From NCBI GenBank assembly GCA_017533795.1, contig JAFWIH010000018.1, forward strand, positions 9,105-73,104: 64,000 bases of DNA, in the 5' to 3' direction. Source of the stretch: Clostridia bacterium (GTDB lineage: Bacteria > Bacillota > Clostridia > TANB77 > CAG-508). A program made the position numbers and the translations under genes. This document shows, in pieces, positions 37,279 to 47,330 of this stretch (positions within the stretch are counted from its first letter, which is position 1; every line of letters starts with the position of its first letter). The notes beneath the pieces are model-generated. The model was not told the DNA's origin. It worked only from the letters and a program-made list of their open reading frames with translations, and did no database searches.

Positions 37279-37764
37279 ATGTTAAGTATAATTGTAGCAA
37301 AAGCAAAAAACAATATAATAGGAAAAGATAATAACTTAATTTGGCATTTGCCGGAAGACTTAAAAAGATTTAAACAAATTACAACAGGACATACAATAAT
37401 AATGGGAAGAAAAACATTTGAATCTTTAGGTAGAGTGCTACCTAATAGGTTTCATGTTGTTTTGTGCAATGATATGAAAATGGATGTAAATAATGAAAAT
37501 GTAGAAGTTCTAGAAGATATATCTATGCTAGATAAATACATAAACAGCAAAGAAGAAAGCTTTGTAATAGGCGGAGCAACTATGTATAAACTTTTAATGC
37601 CTTATTGTACAAAAATGTATATAACAGAGATTGAAAAAGATTTTGAGGGAGATGTCTCATTTCCAGAAATAGATAAAAATATTTGGAAAGAAGTCAGTAG
37701 GGAAAAAGGCCCAAAAGATGGCATAAATGATTTTAATTATGAATATGTAGTATATGAAAAATAA
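37279..37764 (+). CDS. folA: dihydrofolate reductase
   Basis: IIGKDNNLIWHLPEDLKRFKQITTGHTIIMGRKTFESLG. ATG at 37279 follows a caaggag RBS. Confidence 0.9.
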   Translation: MLSIIVAKAKNNIIGKDNNLIWHLPEDLKRFKQITTGHTIIMGRKTFESLGRVLPNRFHVVLCNDMKMDVNNENVEVLEDISMLDKYINSKEESFVIGGATMYKLLMPYCTKMYITEIEKDFEGDVSFPEIDKNIWKEVSREKGPKDGINDFNYEYVVYEK

Positions 37765-37770
37765 AAAAGT

Positions 37771-37794
37771 GGAGCTCCATATTATAGGAGCTCC
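37771..37794. terminator. bidirectional hairpin between folA and the foreign ORF 37802..38068
   Basis: GGAGCTCC-atattata-GGAGCTCC, flanked by AAAAAAGT on the left and TTTCCCTTT on the right. Confidence 0.65.
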
Positions 37795-37801
37795 TTTCCC
37801 T

Positions 37802-38068
37802 TTATAGAGAGAATTCGATGAGCTTTGACTCACCAGCCAAGCTCCCATAAGGATAAAACCTTGTGTAGGCGGTATCCACACTTTCACCTACCTTGTTAAA
37901 CCATACGGAATTGAACTTTCCTTCAATTCCCTTGAGATAGTACTCAGTGTGGGATGAGTACTCTTTTATGATGGCAACCTCATAGAGGCAGCCCTTTCTC
38001 AAGACAGAGGGACTACTAAAACTACCATAGTAGCTTCCAGTCCCTCCATTATAGCGAACAATAATCAT
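37802..38068 (-). CDS. hypothetical small protein (88 aa), compositionally foreign
   Basis: agaaagga RBS 5 nt before the ATG. Shares the GGAGCTCC hairpin terminator with folA. 42 G+C per 100 nt by hand count (37861..37960). No family recognised. Confidence 0.55.
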   Translation of the reverse strand: MIIVRYNGGTGSYYGSFSSPSVLRKGCLYEVAIIKEYSSHTEYYLKGIEGKFNSVWFNKVGESVDTAYTRFYPYGSLAGESKLIEFSL

Positions 38069-38160
38069 GATGTTCCTTTCTCTTCTATTGAGGGATTATA
38101 CAGAATGACAATATGCCATTCATATATATATTATAACACAAATTAACATAAAACTCAATT

Positions 38161-40527
38161 TTACTTCAAATCAACAACAGTAACTCCCATTTCACCTTCA
38201 CCAAAAGTTCCAATTCTATATGATTTAACATGAGGATGATTTTTTAGAAATGCATGAATTGCGGTTCTTAGTTTACCAGTACCTTTTCCATGAACAATTC
38301 GTACAGTTTGTAATTTTGATAGTAAGCAATCATCCAAGAATTTATCAACAATAGGTAAAGCTTCATCAACATTTAAACCTATTACATTAATTTCAGGACT
38401 TATGTTTTTAGATTTAGATATTTTAGTATATGAATTAGGAATTACAGATTTTTTACTAGAAGCTTTTTTAGCTTTTTCTAAATATTTAATATTAATATTA
38501 GTTTTTATACTACCAATTTGAACTTGTACTTCATTTGATTTTGTCAAATTAGAAACAATAGTTCCTTCCTTATCTAAAGTTGTAATATATACCGGAAGAT
38601 TTATTTTGATATCTTCAGGCTTAAGAGCATTTATACTTTCTTTAACATTATTATTTAATAATGCTTGAGATTTTATATCAGAATTTAATTTATTTCTTAG
38701 GTTATTTAATTCTGAAATATTTTTAGAGGATTTTGACACTTCTTTCATATTACTTATTATTTCTGTAGCTTCATCTTTGGCTTCAAGCAATATATTTCTT
38801 GCTTTAATTTTAGCATTATTTATTAATTCTTTTTCTTGCATTAATAAATTTGAATTATCTTTTTCTAATTGCTTACGTAAAAGAGTAACTTGACTAAGAT
38901 TTTTTTCTATTTCTTCTTTTTCTTTTTCAATTTTAATTTTATCATCATAAATACTTTTTAAAATTTCTTCAAAATTTACATCTTGTGAAGAAAGCATCAA
39001 GGACGCTCTATCTATTATCTCTTGAGGTAAACCTAATTTTTTACTTATTTCAAAGGCATTGCTCTTTCCGGGAATGCCAACCAAAAGCCTATATGTTGGT
39101 TGCATAGTATTAGTATCAAATTCAACACTTGCATTTTCAAAACTATCAGTTACTAATGCATATTTTTTAAGTTCTTGATAATGTGTTGTAGATACAGTAA
39201 GACAACCAATATTTTTAATATGCTCTAAGATACTAATTGCAAGGTTTGCACCTTCTAAAGGATCTGTTCCAGATCCAAGTTCATCAATTAGTACAAGACT
39301 ATCAGCTGTTATATTTTTTAATATGTTTATAATATTTAGCATATGAGAAGAAAAAGTACTCAATGAGTTTTCTATGCTTTGATTATCTCCAATGTCAGCA
39401 TATACATTGTCAAATACATAAATTGAAGAATTATTATCTGCAGGAATATTTAATCCACTACAAGCCATACATGTAAGTAATCCTATGGTTTTTAAACATA
39501 CAGTTTTTCCACCAGTATTAGGACCTGTAATAAGCAGTGTAGAGTAGGTAGTGCCTAAATCAACAGAAATAGGTACCACTATATCTGCGTCAATTAGTGG
39601 ATGGCGTGCATTTATTAAATTAATTCTTTTTGTATTTTCAATTTTAGGAGTAATTCCATTAATTGCTTTTGAAAAAAGAGCCTTAGCAAAAATAAAGTCA
39701 AGGGTTCCAATAACTTCATAATCAACTTTTAATTCATTAATATAGGGAATAAACAAGGTAGACAATTCTTGTAATATTTTTTCTATTTCTATGCTTTCAT
39801 CTATTTTAAGATTATTAATTTTATTATTAGTTTCAAAAATAGAAATAGGTTCAATAAATACTGTAGAACCACTACTTGAGACATCATGTACAAATCCTTT
39901 TACCATACTTCTGTATTCTTCTTTTACTGGAATAACATATCTGTCATTTCTAATTGTTACTATTGATTCTTGTATGTACTTAGAATGACTTGAAGAATGA
40001 ATAAAGTTTGTTAATGTATTTTTTATATCTTCTTCTAATTTTTGCTTATTTCTTCGAATATTGTTTAAATTCTTTGAAGCATTGTCAGCGATTGTGTTTT
40101 CGTCAATAATACAATGCTTAACTTTTTCAATAATAGAGGCATTTGTATATAAATTATCAAAATACCTTTCAATAGAAGCAAAATCTTCTTTATGTATATC
40201 ATCTTGATAAAAATATTTTTTTATGTCGTTAGCCTGACTTAAGACATTGGTTAAATCTAAAATACCTTTAATACTTATTGCACCAAAACTGTCCAGCATT
40301 TTTAAATATGCATCTACATCTGGTAAATCTGATATTGGTGCAGTCCCAAATCGAGAAATTAAGTTACATGCTTGCAATGTTTGATCGAGGCTGAGTTTAA
40401 CTTTTTCAGAATCTGAAGACGGCAATAAACTTGTTGCAATGCTTTTACCATAATATGTTTTACAGTGTGATGACAATTTTTCTAATATCTTATTAAATTC
40501 TAATTTTTCTAAATATTCTTGTTTCAT
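38161..40527 (-). CDS. mutS2: endonuclease MutS2 (MutS domain V plus C-terminal Smr)
   Basis: 788 aa. ITGPNTGGKT Walker A, DELGSGTDP, C-terminal Smr (VRIVHGKGTGKLR). Confidence 0.95.
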   Translation of the reverse strand: MKQEYLEKLEFNKILEKLSSHCKTYYGKSIATSLLPSSDSEKVKLSLDQTLQACNLISRFGTAPISDLPDVDAYLKMLDSFGAISIKGILDLTNVLSQANDIKKYFYQDDIHKEDFASIERYFDNLYTNASIIEKVKHCIIDENTIADNASKNLNNIRRNKQKLEEDIKNTLTNFIHSSSHSKYIQESIVTIRNDRYVIPVKEEYRSMVKGFVHDVSSSGSTVFIEPISIFETNNKINNLKIDESIEIEKILQELSTLFIPYINELKVDYEVIGTLDFIFAKALFSKAINGITPKIENTKRINLINARHPLIDADIVVPISVDLGTTYSTLLITGPNTGGKTVCLKTIGLLTCMACSGLNIPADNNSSIYVFDNVYADIGDNQSIENSLSTFSSHMLNIINILKNITADSLVLIDELGSGTDPLEGANLAISILEHIKNIGCLTVSTTHYQELKKYALVTDSFENASVEFDTNTMQPTYRLLVGIPGKSNAFEISKKLGLPQEIIDRASLMLSSQDVNFEEILKSIYDDKIKIEKEKEEIEKNLSQVTLLRKQLEKDNSNLLMQEKELINNAKIKARNILLEAKDEATEIISNMKEVSKSSKNISELNNLRNKLNSDIKSQALLNNNVKESINALKPEDIKINLPVYITTLDKEGTIVSNLTKSNEVQVQIGSIKTNINIKYLEKAKKASSKKSVIPNSYTKISKSKNISPEINVIGLNVDEALPIVDKFLDDCLLSKLQTVRIVHGKGTGKLRTAIHAFLKNHPHVKSYRIGTFGEGEMGVTVVDLK

Positions 40528-40624
40528 AGTATTCTCCTATAATAGATTTATATTTATTATGCCACGAATTTCAAAATTTGTATAGACATTTATTTAAAAA
40601 TGTGCTAATATAATACATGTATTT

Positions 40625-40707
40625 GCCCGAGTGGCGGAACTGGCAGACGCACACGACTCAAAATCGTGCGGGAAACCATGGGGGTTCGAGTCCCCCCTTG
40701 GGCACCA
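40625..40707 (+). tRNA. tRNA-Leu (CAA)
   Basis: Acceptor GCCCGAG/CTTGGGC, anticodon stem CACGA/TCGTG with loop CTCAAAA, long variable arm, GGTTCGAGTCC T-loop, encoded CCA. Confidence 0.9.
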
Positions 40708-40723
40708 AGAGGTTGTGAATTAT

Positions 40724-41332
40724 ATGTTAGTAAGTGAAGTAAAACCAATAGGTAAGGTTGGAAAAAACTTATTGAAAAATAAAGATGCTGAAGAAATAAT
40801 AAAAACAATTATAGAAAAGCCAATGCAAAAAGCATGCATTGAATGCAAAGAAAAAAATATTGAAACATCAATGAGTAGTGCAAACAAAAATAACATTGTA
40901 AAAAAGAACAAAACTAGAATAACTAAAAAAGATGTTATAAAAAAACTTGAACAAAATAAAACTCAAACATTTTTAGAAGCGGGAAAAGGATATGCTTGGT
41001 TAATGTTAAACTACAATACATTGTCAGATGAAAATAGAAAAGTATTATTTTCATTAGAAGAAACTTTAGGAGAAGATAGTATTTGGTTTGTAAAGTCATG
41101 TTATATAGAAACTATGAATAAATTAAGAAAAACTTTTAAATTAAAACCACTTGTAGAAAAGTTTGATGATATGTATGCAGATAAGTTCAAAGAAAAACAG
41201 CTAGTGCTTATGTATAATAATAAATATCCAAGAAGAAGCATTTTTATAAGAATGCCAATTGATGATGCTACAACAGTTAAAGATGTTGAAACGTATTTTG
41301 ATGAAATTATTAAAAAACTAAAAGTACAGTAG
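40724..41332 (+). CDS. hypothetical protein
   Basis: ATG at 40724 is preceded by agagg. The longer ORF in the track overlaps tRNA-Leu and was trimmed. No family recognised. Confidence 0.5.
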   Translation: MLVSEVKPIGKVGKNLLKNKDAEEIIKTIIEKPMQKACIECKEKNIETSMSSANKNNIVKKNKTRITKKDVIKKLEQNKTQTFLEAGKGYAWLMLNYNTLSDENRKVLFSLEETLGEDSIWFVKSCYIETMNKLRKTFKLKPLVEKFDDMYADKFKEKQLVLMYNNKYPRRSIFIRMPIDDATTVKDVETYFDEIIKKLKVQ

Positions 41333-41443
41333 AATAAAAAAGATAAAGATGAAAAGAGTCTTTATCTTTTTTAGTTCTAATGCTCAGTTAAAACACATAT
41401 AATAATAATCGGACAGAATATTGTGAAAAGTTTGTGAATTCTA

Positions 41444-41470
41444 TTGACATTTATATCAAATGGGTATAAA
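41444..41470 (+). promoter_or_regulatory. probable groESL promoter
   Basis: TTGACA (41444..41449) and TATAAA (41465..41470). The spacer is only 15 nt, so the exact -10 is uncertain. Confidence 0.45.
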
Positions 41471-41473
41471 TTA

Positions 41474-41500
41474 TTAGCAGTCAAAGATAAAGAGTGCTAA
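41474..41500. promoter_or_regulatory. CIRCE element (HrcA operator)
   Basis: TTAGCAGTC-N9-GAGTGCTAA against the consensus TTAGCACTC-N9-GAGTGCTAA. Located 25 nt upstream of groES. Confidence 0.9.
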
Positions 41501-41518
41501 TAAATCTAAAGGAGGTAA

Positions 41519-41806
<288 letters not shown>

Positions 41807-41859
41807 ATTTTTTAATTTATTACTGTTGTTAATATATAAATAATAAAAGTAGGAGGTAA

Positions 41860-43503
<1,644 letters not shown>

Positions 43504-43520
43504 ACCAATTAAGTCTAAGA

Positions 43521-43552
43521 AAAGCAGGTAGTGTTAGCTACCTGCTTTATTT
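43521..43552 (+). terminator. intrinsic terminator after groEL
   Basis: AAAGCAGGTAG / CTACCTGCTTT stem with a 6-nt loop. Confidence 0.8.
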
Positions 43553-43643
43553 AGACTACTTATGTACTAATTACCATTGTTGCCTAACTCTCTAAATAGA
43601 GAAAATTGATACATACTTTAATCATAAAAAACAAGGAAAGAAA

Positions 43644-43672
43644 TTGACATAATAAGTTTAGGATGATATAAT
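43644..43672 (+). promoter_or_regulatory. pheST promoter
   Basis: TTGACA, 17 nt, TATAAT with a TG extension (TGATATAAT). Confidence 0.7.
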
Positions 43673-43818
43673 GCTGACATACTTCTTATCATATAGGTTT
43701 GTAGTTCAAACCTATAGAACATATATGTTTCTACATAAAGGAAAGGATGGTGAAGTGGGAAAAGTAATCTTCTGCTTTTTTAGTTCAGCTATCGTCTTAA
43801 TAGAAGGGAACAAACAGC

Positions 43819-44826
43819 ATGGATGAAGAGCTGCTTGAATTGAAGAAGCAAGCACTGCAAGAAATTGCAAATGCACAGGATTCTTCAGAAATTGTACAGA
43901 TTAAAAGTAAGTATTTGGGAAAGAGAAGTCAGATTTCCAGAGTAATGTCTTCACTCAAGAATTATTCAATAGAAGAGAGAAGAACACTTGGTCAGATATG
44001 CAACACAATCAAGAATGAGATTGTGGAAGCATTGAAGGCTAAAAACAATCAACTTATATCTGAAACAAGCTATAGCATTGATATTACGATGCCAGTTGAT
44101 GAAGATAGAGGTAGCTTGTCTCCTATTACAATTGTAGGAAACGAGGTATGCGAAATCCTTGAAAAAATGGGGTTCGCGATTGTCTCTGGACCTGAGATTG
44201 AGGATGAGTATCATAACTTTGATGCACTTAACATCCCATCTACACATCCTGCACGCGATATGCAGGATACATATTGGCTTGGTTCACACAAACTGCTAAG
44301 AACTCATACTTCTCCATGTCAAGTTAGGGCAATGGAAAAGTATGGAGCTCCACTCAGGATAGCTGCTCCTGGACGCTGCTTCAGGAATGAGGATATAGAT
44401 GCAAGTCATGAAAACACATTCTTCCAACTGGAAGGAATGTGTATTGATAAAAACATATCTATTCCTAACCTGATTTATGTTATGAAGTCAATCTTGAGTG
44501 AGATTTTTGATCAAGAGGTTCAGGTAAGATTACGTCCGGGTTACTTCCCATTTGTTGAGCCTGGATTCGAATTGGATATTAAGTGCTTGATATGTGAAGG
44601 AGCAGGATGCTCAACATGTAAGGGGAGTGGCTGGATAGAACTTTGCCCATGTGGAATGATTCATCCAAATGTGCTTAGAATCAATAACATTGATCCTAAT
44701 GAATACTCTGGATTTGCATTTGGCATTGGTCTTACAAGACTAGCCATGATGAAATATCACATAAATGATATTCGAGTATTCAATACATGCAACTTGGAGG
44801 AATTGGAACAGTTCGGTATCGTATAG
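43819..44826 (+). CDS. pheS: phenylalanine--tRNA ligase alpha subunit
   Basis: HPARDMQDTYW, LRTHTSPCQVR, FRNEDIDASH, class II motif 3 region GFAFGIGLTRLAM. Confidence 0.93.
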   Translation: MDEELLELKKQALQEIANAQDSSEIVQIKSKYLGKRSQISRVMSSLKNYSIEERRTLGQICNTIKNEIVEALKAKNNQLISETSYSIDITMPVDEDRGSLSPITIVGNEVCEILEKMGFAIVSGPEIEDEYHNFDALNIPSTHPARDMQDTYWLGSHKLLRTHTSPCQVRAMEKYGAPLRIAAPGRCFRNEDIDASHENTFFQLEGMCIDKNISIPNLIYVMKSILSEIFDQEVQVRLRPGYFPFVEPGFELDIKCLICEGAGCSTCKGSGWIELCPCGMIHPNVLRINNIDPNEYSGFAFGIGLTRLAMMKYHINDIRVFNTCNLEELEQFGIV

Positions 44827-44840
44827 AGAGGAACGAATCT

Positions 44841-47168
44841 ATGCTGATTTCGTGTAACTTGCTGAAAAGTTACCTTTCCTCTGATACGCTAATTGACTGG
44901 CTGGGAATATGGGAACTTTTTACCATATCATCTGCAGAAGTCGAGAGAGTTGAAGAGAAAGGTAAAAACACTTCAGGTGTAATTGTGGCAAAAGTAACCA
45001 ATGTTGCAAAAAACACACCAGATGTAAGGTTGAATCTGCTAACTGTAGACATTGGAAACAGAGAGATACAAATTATCACATCTGCTACCAATGCATATAT
45101 TGGCATGATTACAGCATGTTGCCCAGAAAATGGTATGGTCAATGGCAAAAGAATTACAAAGCTAGAAATCCTAGGAATCATGAGTGAAGGTGTGTGTGTA
45201 TCTGAAAAAGATCTGGGAATATCTCAGGAACACACATTGATGATTGACCTGCCAAAAGAATACATGGTCGGTAGGGATATAAAGGAATATATCAATCTTG
45301 ATGATATAATTGTCGAGATTGATAACAAATCTTTAACCAACCGTCCAGATCTTTGGGGACATTACGGCATTGCTAGAGAAATTGCAGCAATCACCGGAGC
45401 AAAACTTAATAAGCTTGTAGACCCAATTATTAAGGATACTGAGGATTCAGTTAAAACTCTTACTGCTACTGTACACAGTGATGCTGTGAACAGATATGCA
45501 GCAATAAAGGTTTCAGGACTGAATCAAAAATTGGTAGACCTTAATATGAAACTAATGATGCACTACTGTGGATATGAATGCTCCACATTGTCTGATTTGG
45601 TTTCAACATATACTACTCTAGAGTATGGATTGCCAGTTGTTGTTGTCAATGATGATGGAATAGAGAATATCTCTATTAAAATGCATCAAGATAATGAGCA
45701 AAATTGCATTGAACTAAATTCAGACAATTTAGTTGTATATGCAAATGGCAATCCCATCGAAGTAGCTGGAGTCTGTGTGCTTGAGAGTTCAGTTGCAACC
45801 GCTGATTGTAGTTCCATTCTAATTGAAGTTGCTAATTATGATGCGACTACTATTAGAAAAAGCTCTATTTCTCTACACAATCGAAACGACATGAGCATTA
45901 GGCACGAAAAAAGTCTTGACCCGGAAATGGTGCTGACATCATTGTATAGGTGTCTGCAGATTTTACAGACTTTGTGCCCATCAGCATGTGTTTCTTCTAA
46001 CCTTGTTGATGTTTATAAAAACAAGCAAAAGCAAAGGGTGATCACTCTTTCTAAGAAGAAACTTTCAAGTTACCTTGGGTTCAACATGGATGATTCCATG
46101 GTTGTGAGCATTCTCAACTCACTAGACATGGATGTTATAGTTGAACAAGATGCGTATGTCGTTACAATTCCAACATATCGAGCAACAAAAGATATTGAAC
46201 AAGACGCTGATGTAATAGAGGAAATTTCCAGAATTTATGGCTATGATAATTTCGAGCCACAGCCACTGGAATTGCAACTTGATACCATGCGCCATGCAAC
46301 ATCTGAGTACTCTATTGAATATAAGGTTAAGGAAGTACTTGCTTCTAAGTATAACCTTCATGAGGTTCATTCCTATATTTGGTATGACGATGATTTCTTG
46401 AAGAGCATCGGAGCAGATAAGTCTGATTGCATGGCAATCGTAAATAAGACTTCTAACCGTTATATTAGGGATGAACTAGGAATGTCTGTGCTAGCTTCAA
46501 CCATTTACAATGCAAGGAAATACTCAAGGTATGGAGTTTTCGAAATTGGTACTATATACAATTCCAATATTCCAAAGAAACAGCTTTGTATACTTCTTTG
46601 TGATTCGGCAAAGATGGTTGGAGAAACCTATCAACATGTGAAGAATATCGTATATGGACTAATTAGGAATCTGACAAATGAGAGTGTCACATTCTTGAAG
46701 GCTGATGCTATTAATTCATATATGGATAATGCTAATGTGTTAAATATCTATATTAATGAATTGTGCATTGGTCAGATTGGAATTGTTATTCCAAGTATTA
46801 CAAATAGGTATGCTAAGACGGCAGCAGTAGTTATGGCAGTAATTGATTTCGAGAAATATCTTGAAATTGATGTTACTAGCTATGATTATCAGAAACCGCC
46901 AAAGTATCCTGTAGTTACTTTGGACTATACAATTTCATTGAAAAAGAATGAGAACTATCAGATGTTGGAAAACTGGCTTTCTAATTATTCTTCTCCATTA
47001 CTCAAATCATACAATTTGATTGATAGTTACGATAATGGACAGAAAAGGAAGCTAACAATTAGGTTCAAGATTTCTCACAGTGATAGGACATTGCGTTCAG
47101 AAGAGATTAGGGGGTTCGCGGAAGAGTTGCTTTCCTACCTCGGACGTCAGTTCGAAGTAGAAACATAA
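44841..47168 (+). CDS. pheT: phenylalanine--tRNA ligase beta subunit
   Basis: N-terminal tRNA-binding domain, NRPDLWGHYGIAREIAA, B5 region, C-terminal FDX-ACB-like domain. ATG at 44841 follows an agagagg RBS. Confidence 0.9.
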   Translation: MLISCNLLKSYLSSDTLIDWLGIWELFTISSAEVERVEEKGKNTSGVIVAKVTNVAKNTPDVRLNLLTVDIGNREIQIITSATNAYIGMITACCPENGMVNGKRITKLEILGIMSEGVCVSEKDLGISQEHTLMIDLPKEYMVGRDIKEYINLDDIIVEIDNKSLTNRPDLWGHYGIAREIAAITGAKLNKLVDPIIKDTEDSVKTLTATVHSDAVNRYAAIKVSGLNQKLVDLNMKLMMHYCGYECSTLSDLVSTYTTLEYGLPVVVVNDDGIENISIKMHQDNEQNCIELNSDNLVVYANGNPIEVAGVCVLESSVATADCSSILIEVANYDATTIRKSSISLHNRNDMSIRHEKSLDPEMVLTSLYRCLQILQTLCPSACVSSNLVDVYKNKQKQRVITLSKKKLSSYLGFNMDDSMVVSILNSLDMDVIVEQDAYVVTIPTYRATKDIEQDADVIEEISRIYGYDNFEPQPLELQLDTMRHATSEYSIEYKVKEVLASKYNLHEVHSYIWYDDDFLKSIGADKSDCMAIVNKTSNRYIRDELGMSVLASTIYNARKYSRYGVFEIGTIYNSNIPKKQLCILLCDSAKMVGETYQHVKNIVYGLIRNLTNESVTFLKADAINSYMDNANVLNIYINELCIGQIGIVIPSITNRYAKTAAVVMAVIDFEKYLEIDVTSYDYQKPPKYPVVTLDYTISLKKNENYQMLENWLSNYSSPLLKSYNLIDSYDNGQKRKLTIRFKISHSDRTLRSEEIRGFAEELLSYLGRQFEVET

Positions 47169-47199
47169 TTATTGGTCTTTCTAGTTGAAAGGTTATAAT

Positions 47200-47241
47200 A
47201 GAAGCTAGGATGAAATTTTTCATCTTAGCTTCTTATTTTTT
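47200..47241 (+). terminator. intrinsic terminator after pheT
   Basis: GAAGCTAGGATGA / TCATCTTAGCTTC (one G-T pair) followed by TATTTTTTT. Confidence 0.85.
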
Positions 47242-47330
47242 TGAAAATTTACTTTACAATTTATAATTCTGTGATATACTATCTGCAAAATATTTTGAGA
47301 TTATATGCTTGTAATAGTAAAGGAGAAAAT

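Noticed and set aside
40631-40723. N-terminal extension of ORF 40631..41332.
   Set aside because: The first 30 or so codons are the tRNA-Leu gene read as protein. The start was moved to ATG 40724, which has an upstream agagg.
43673-43818. T-box riboswitch upstream of pheS.
   Set aside because: This is expected for Firmicute pheST, but I could not find the conserved T-box 14-mer, a specifier-loop context or a terminator/antiterminator pair. The leader is also short (about 140 nt). A covariance-model scan is still needed.
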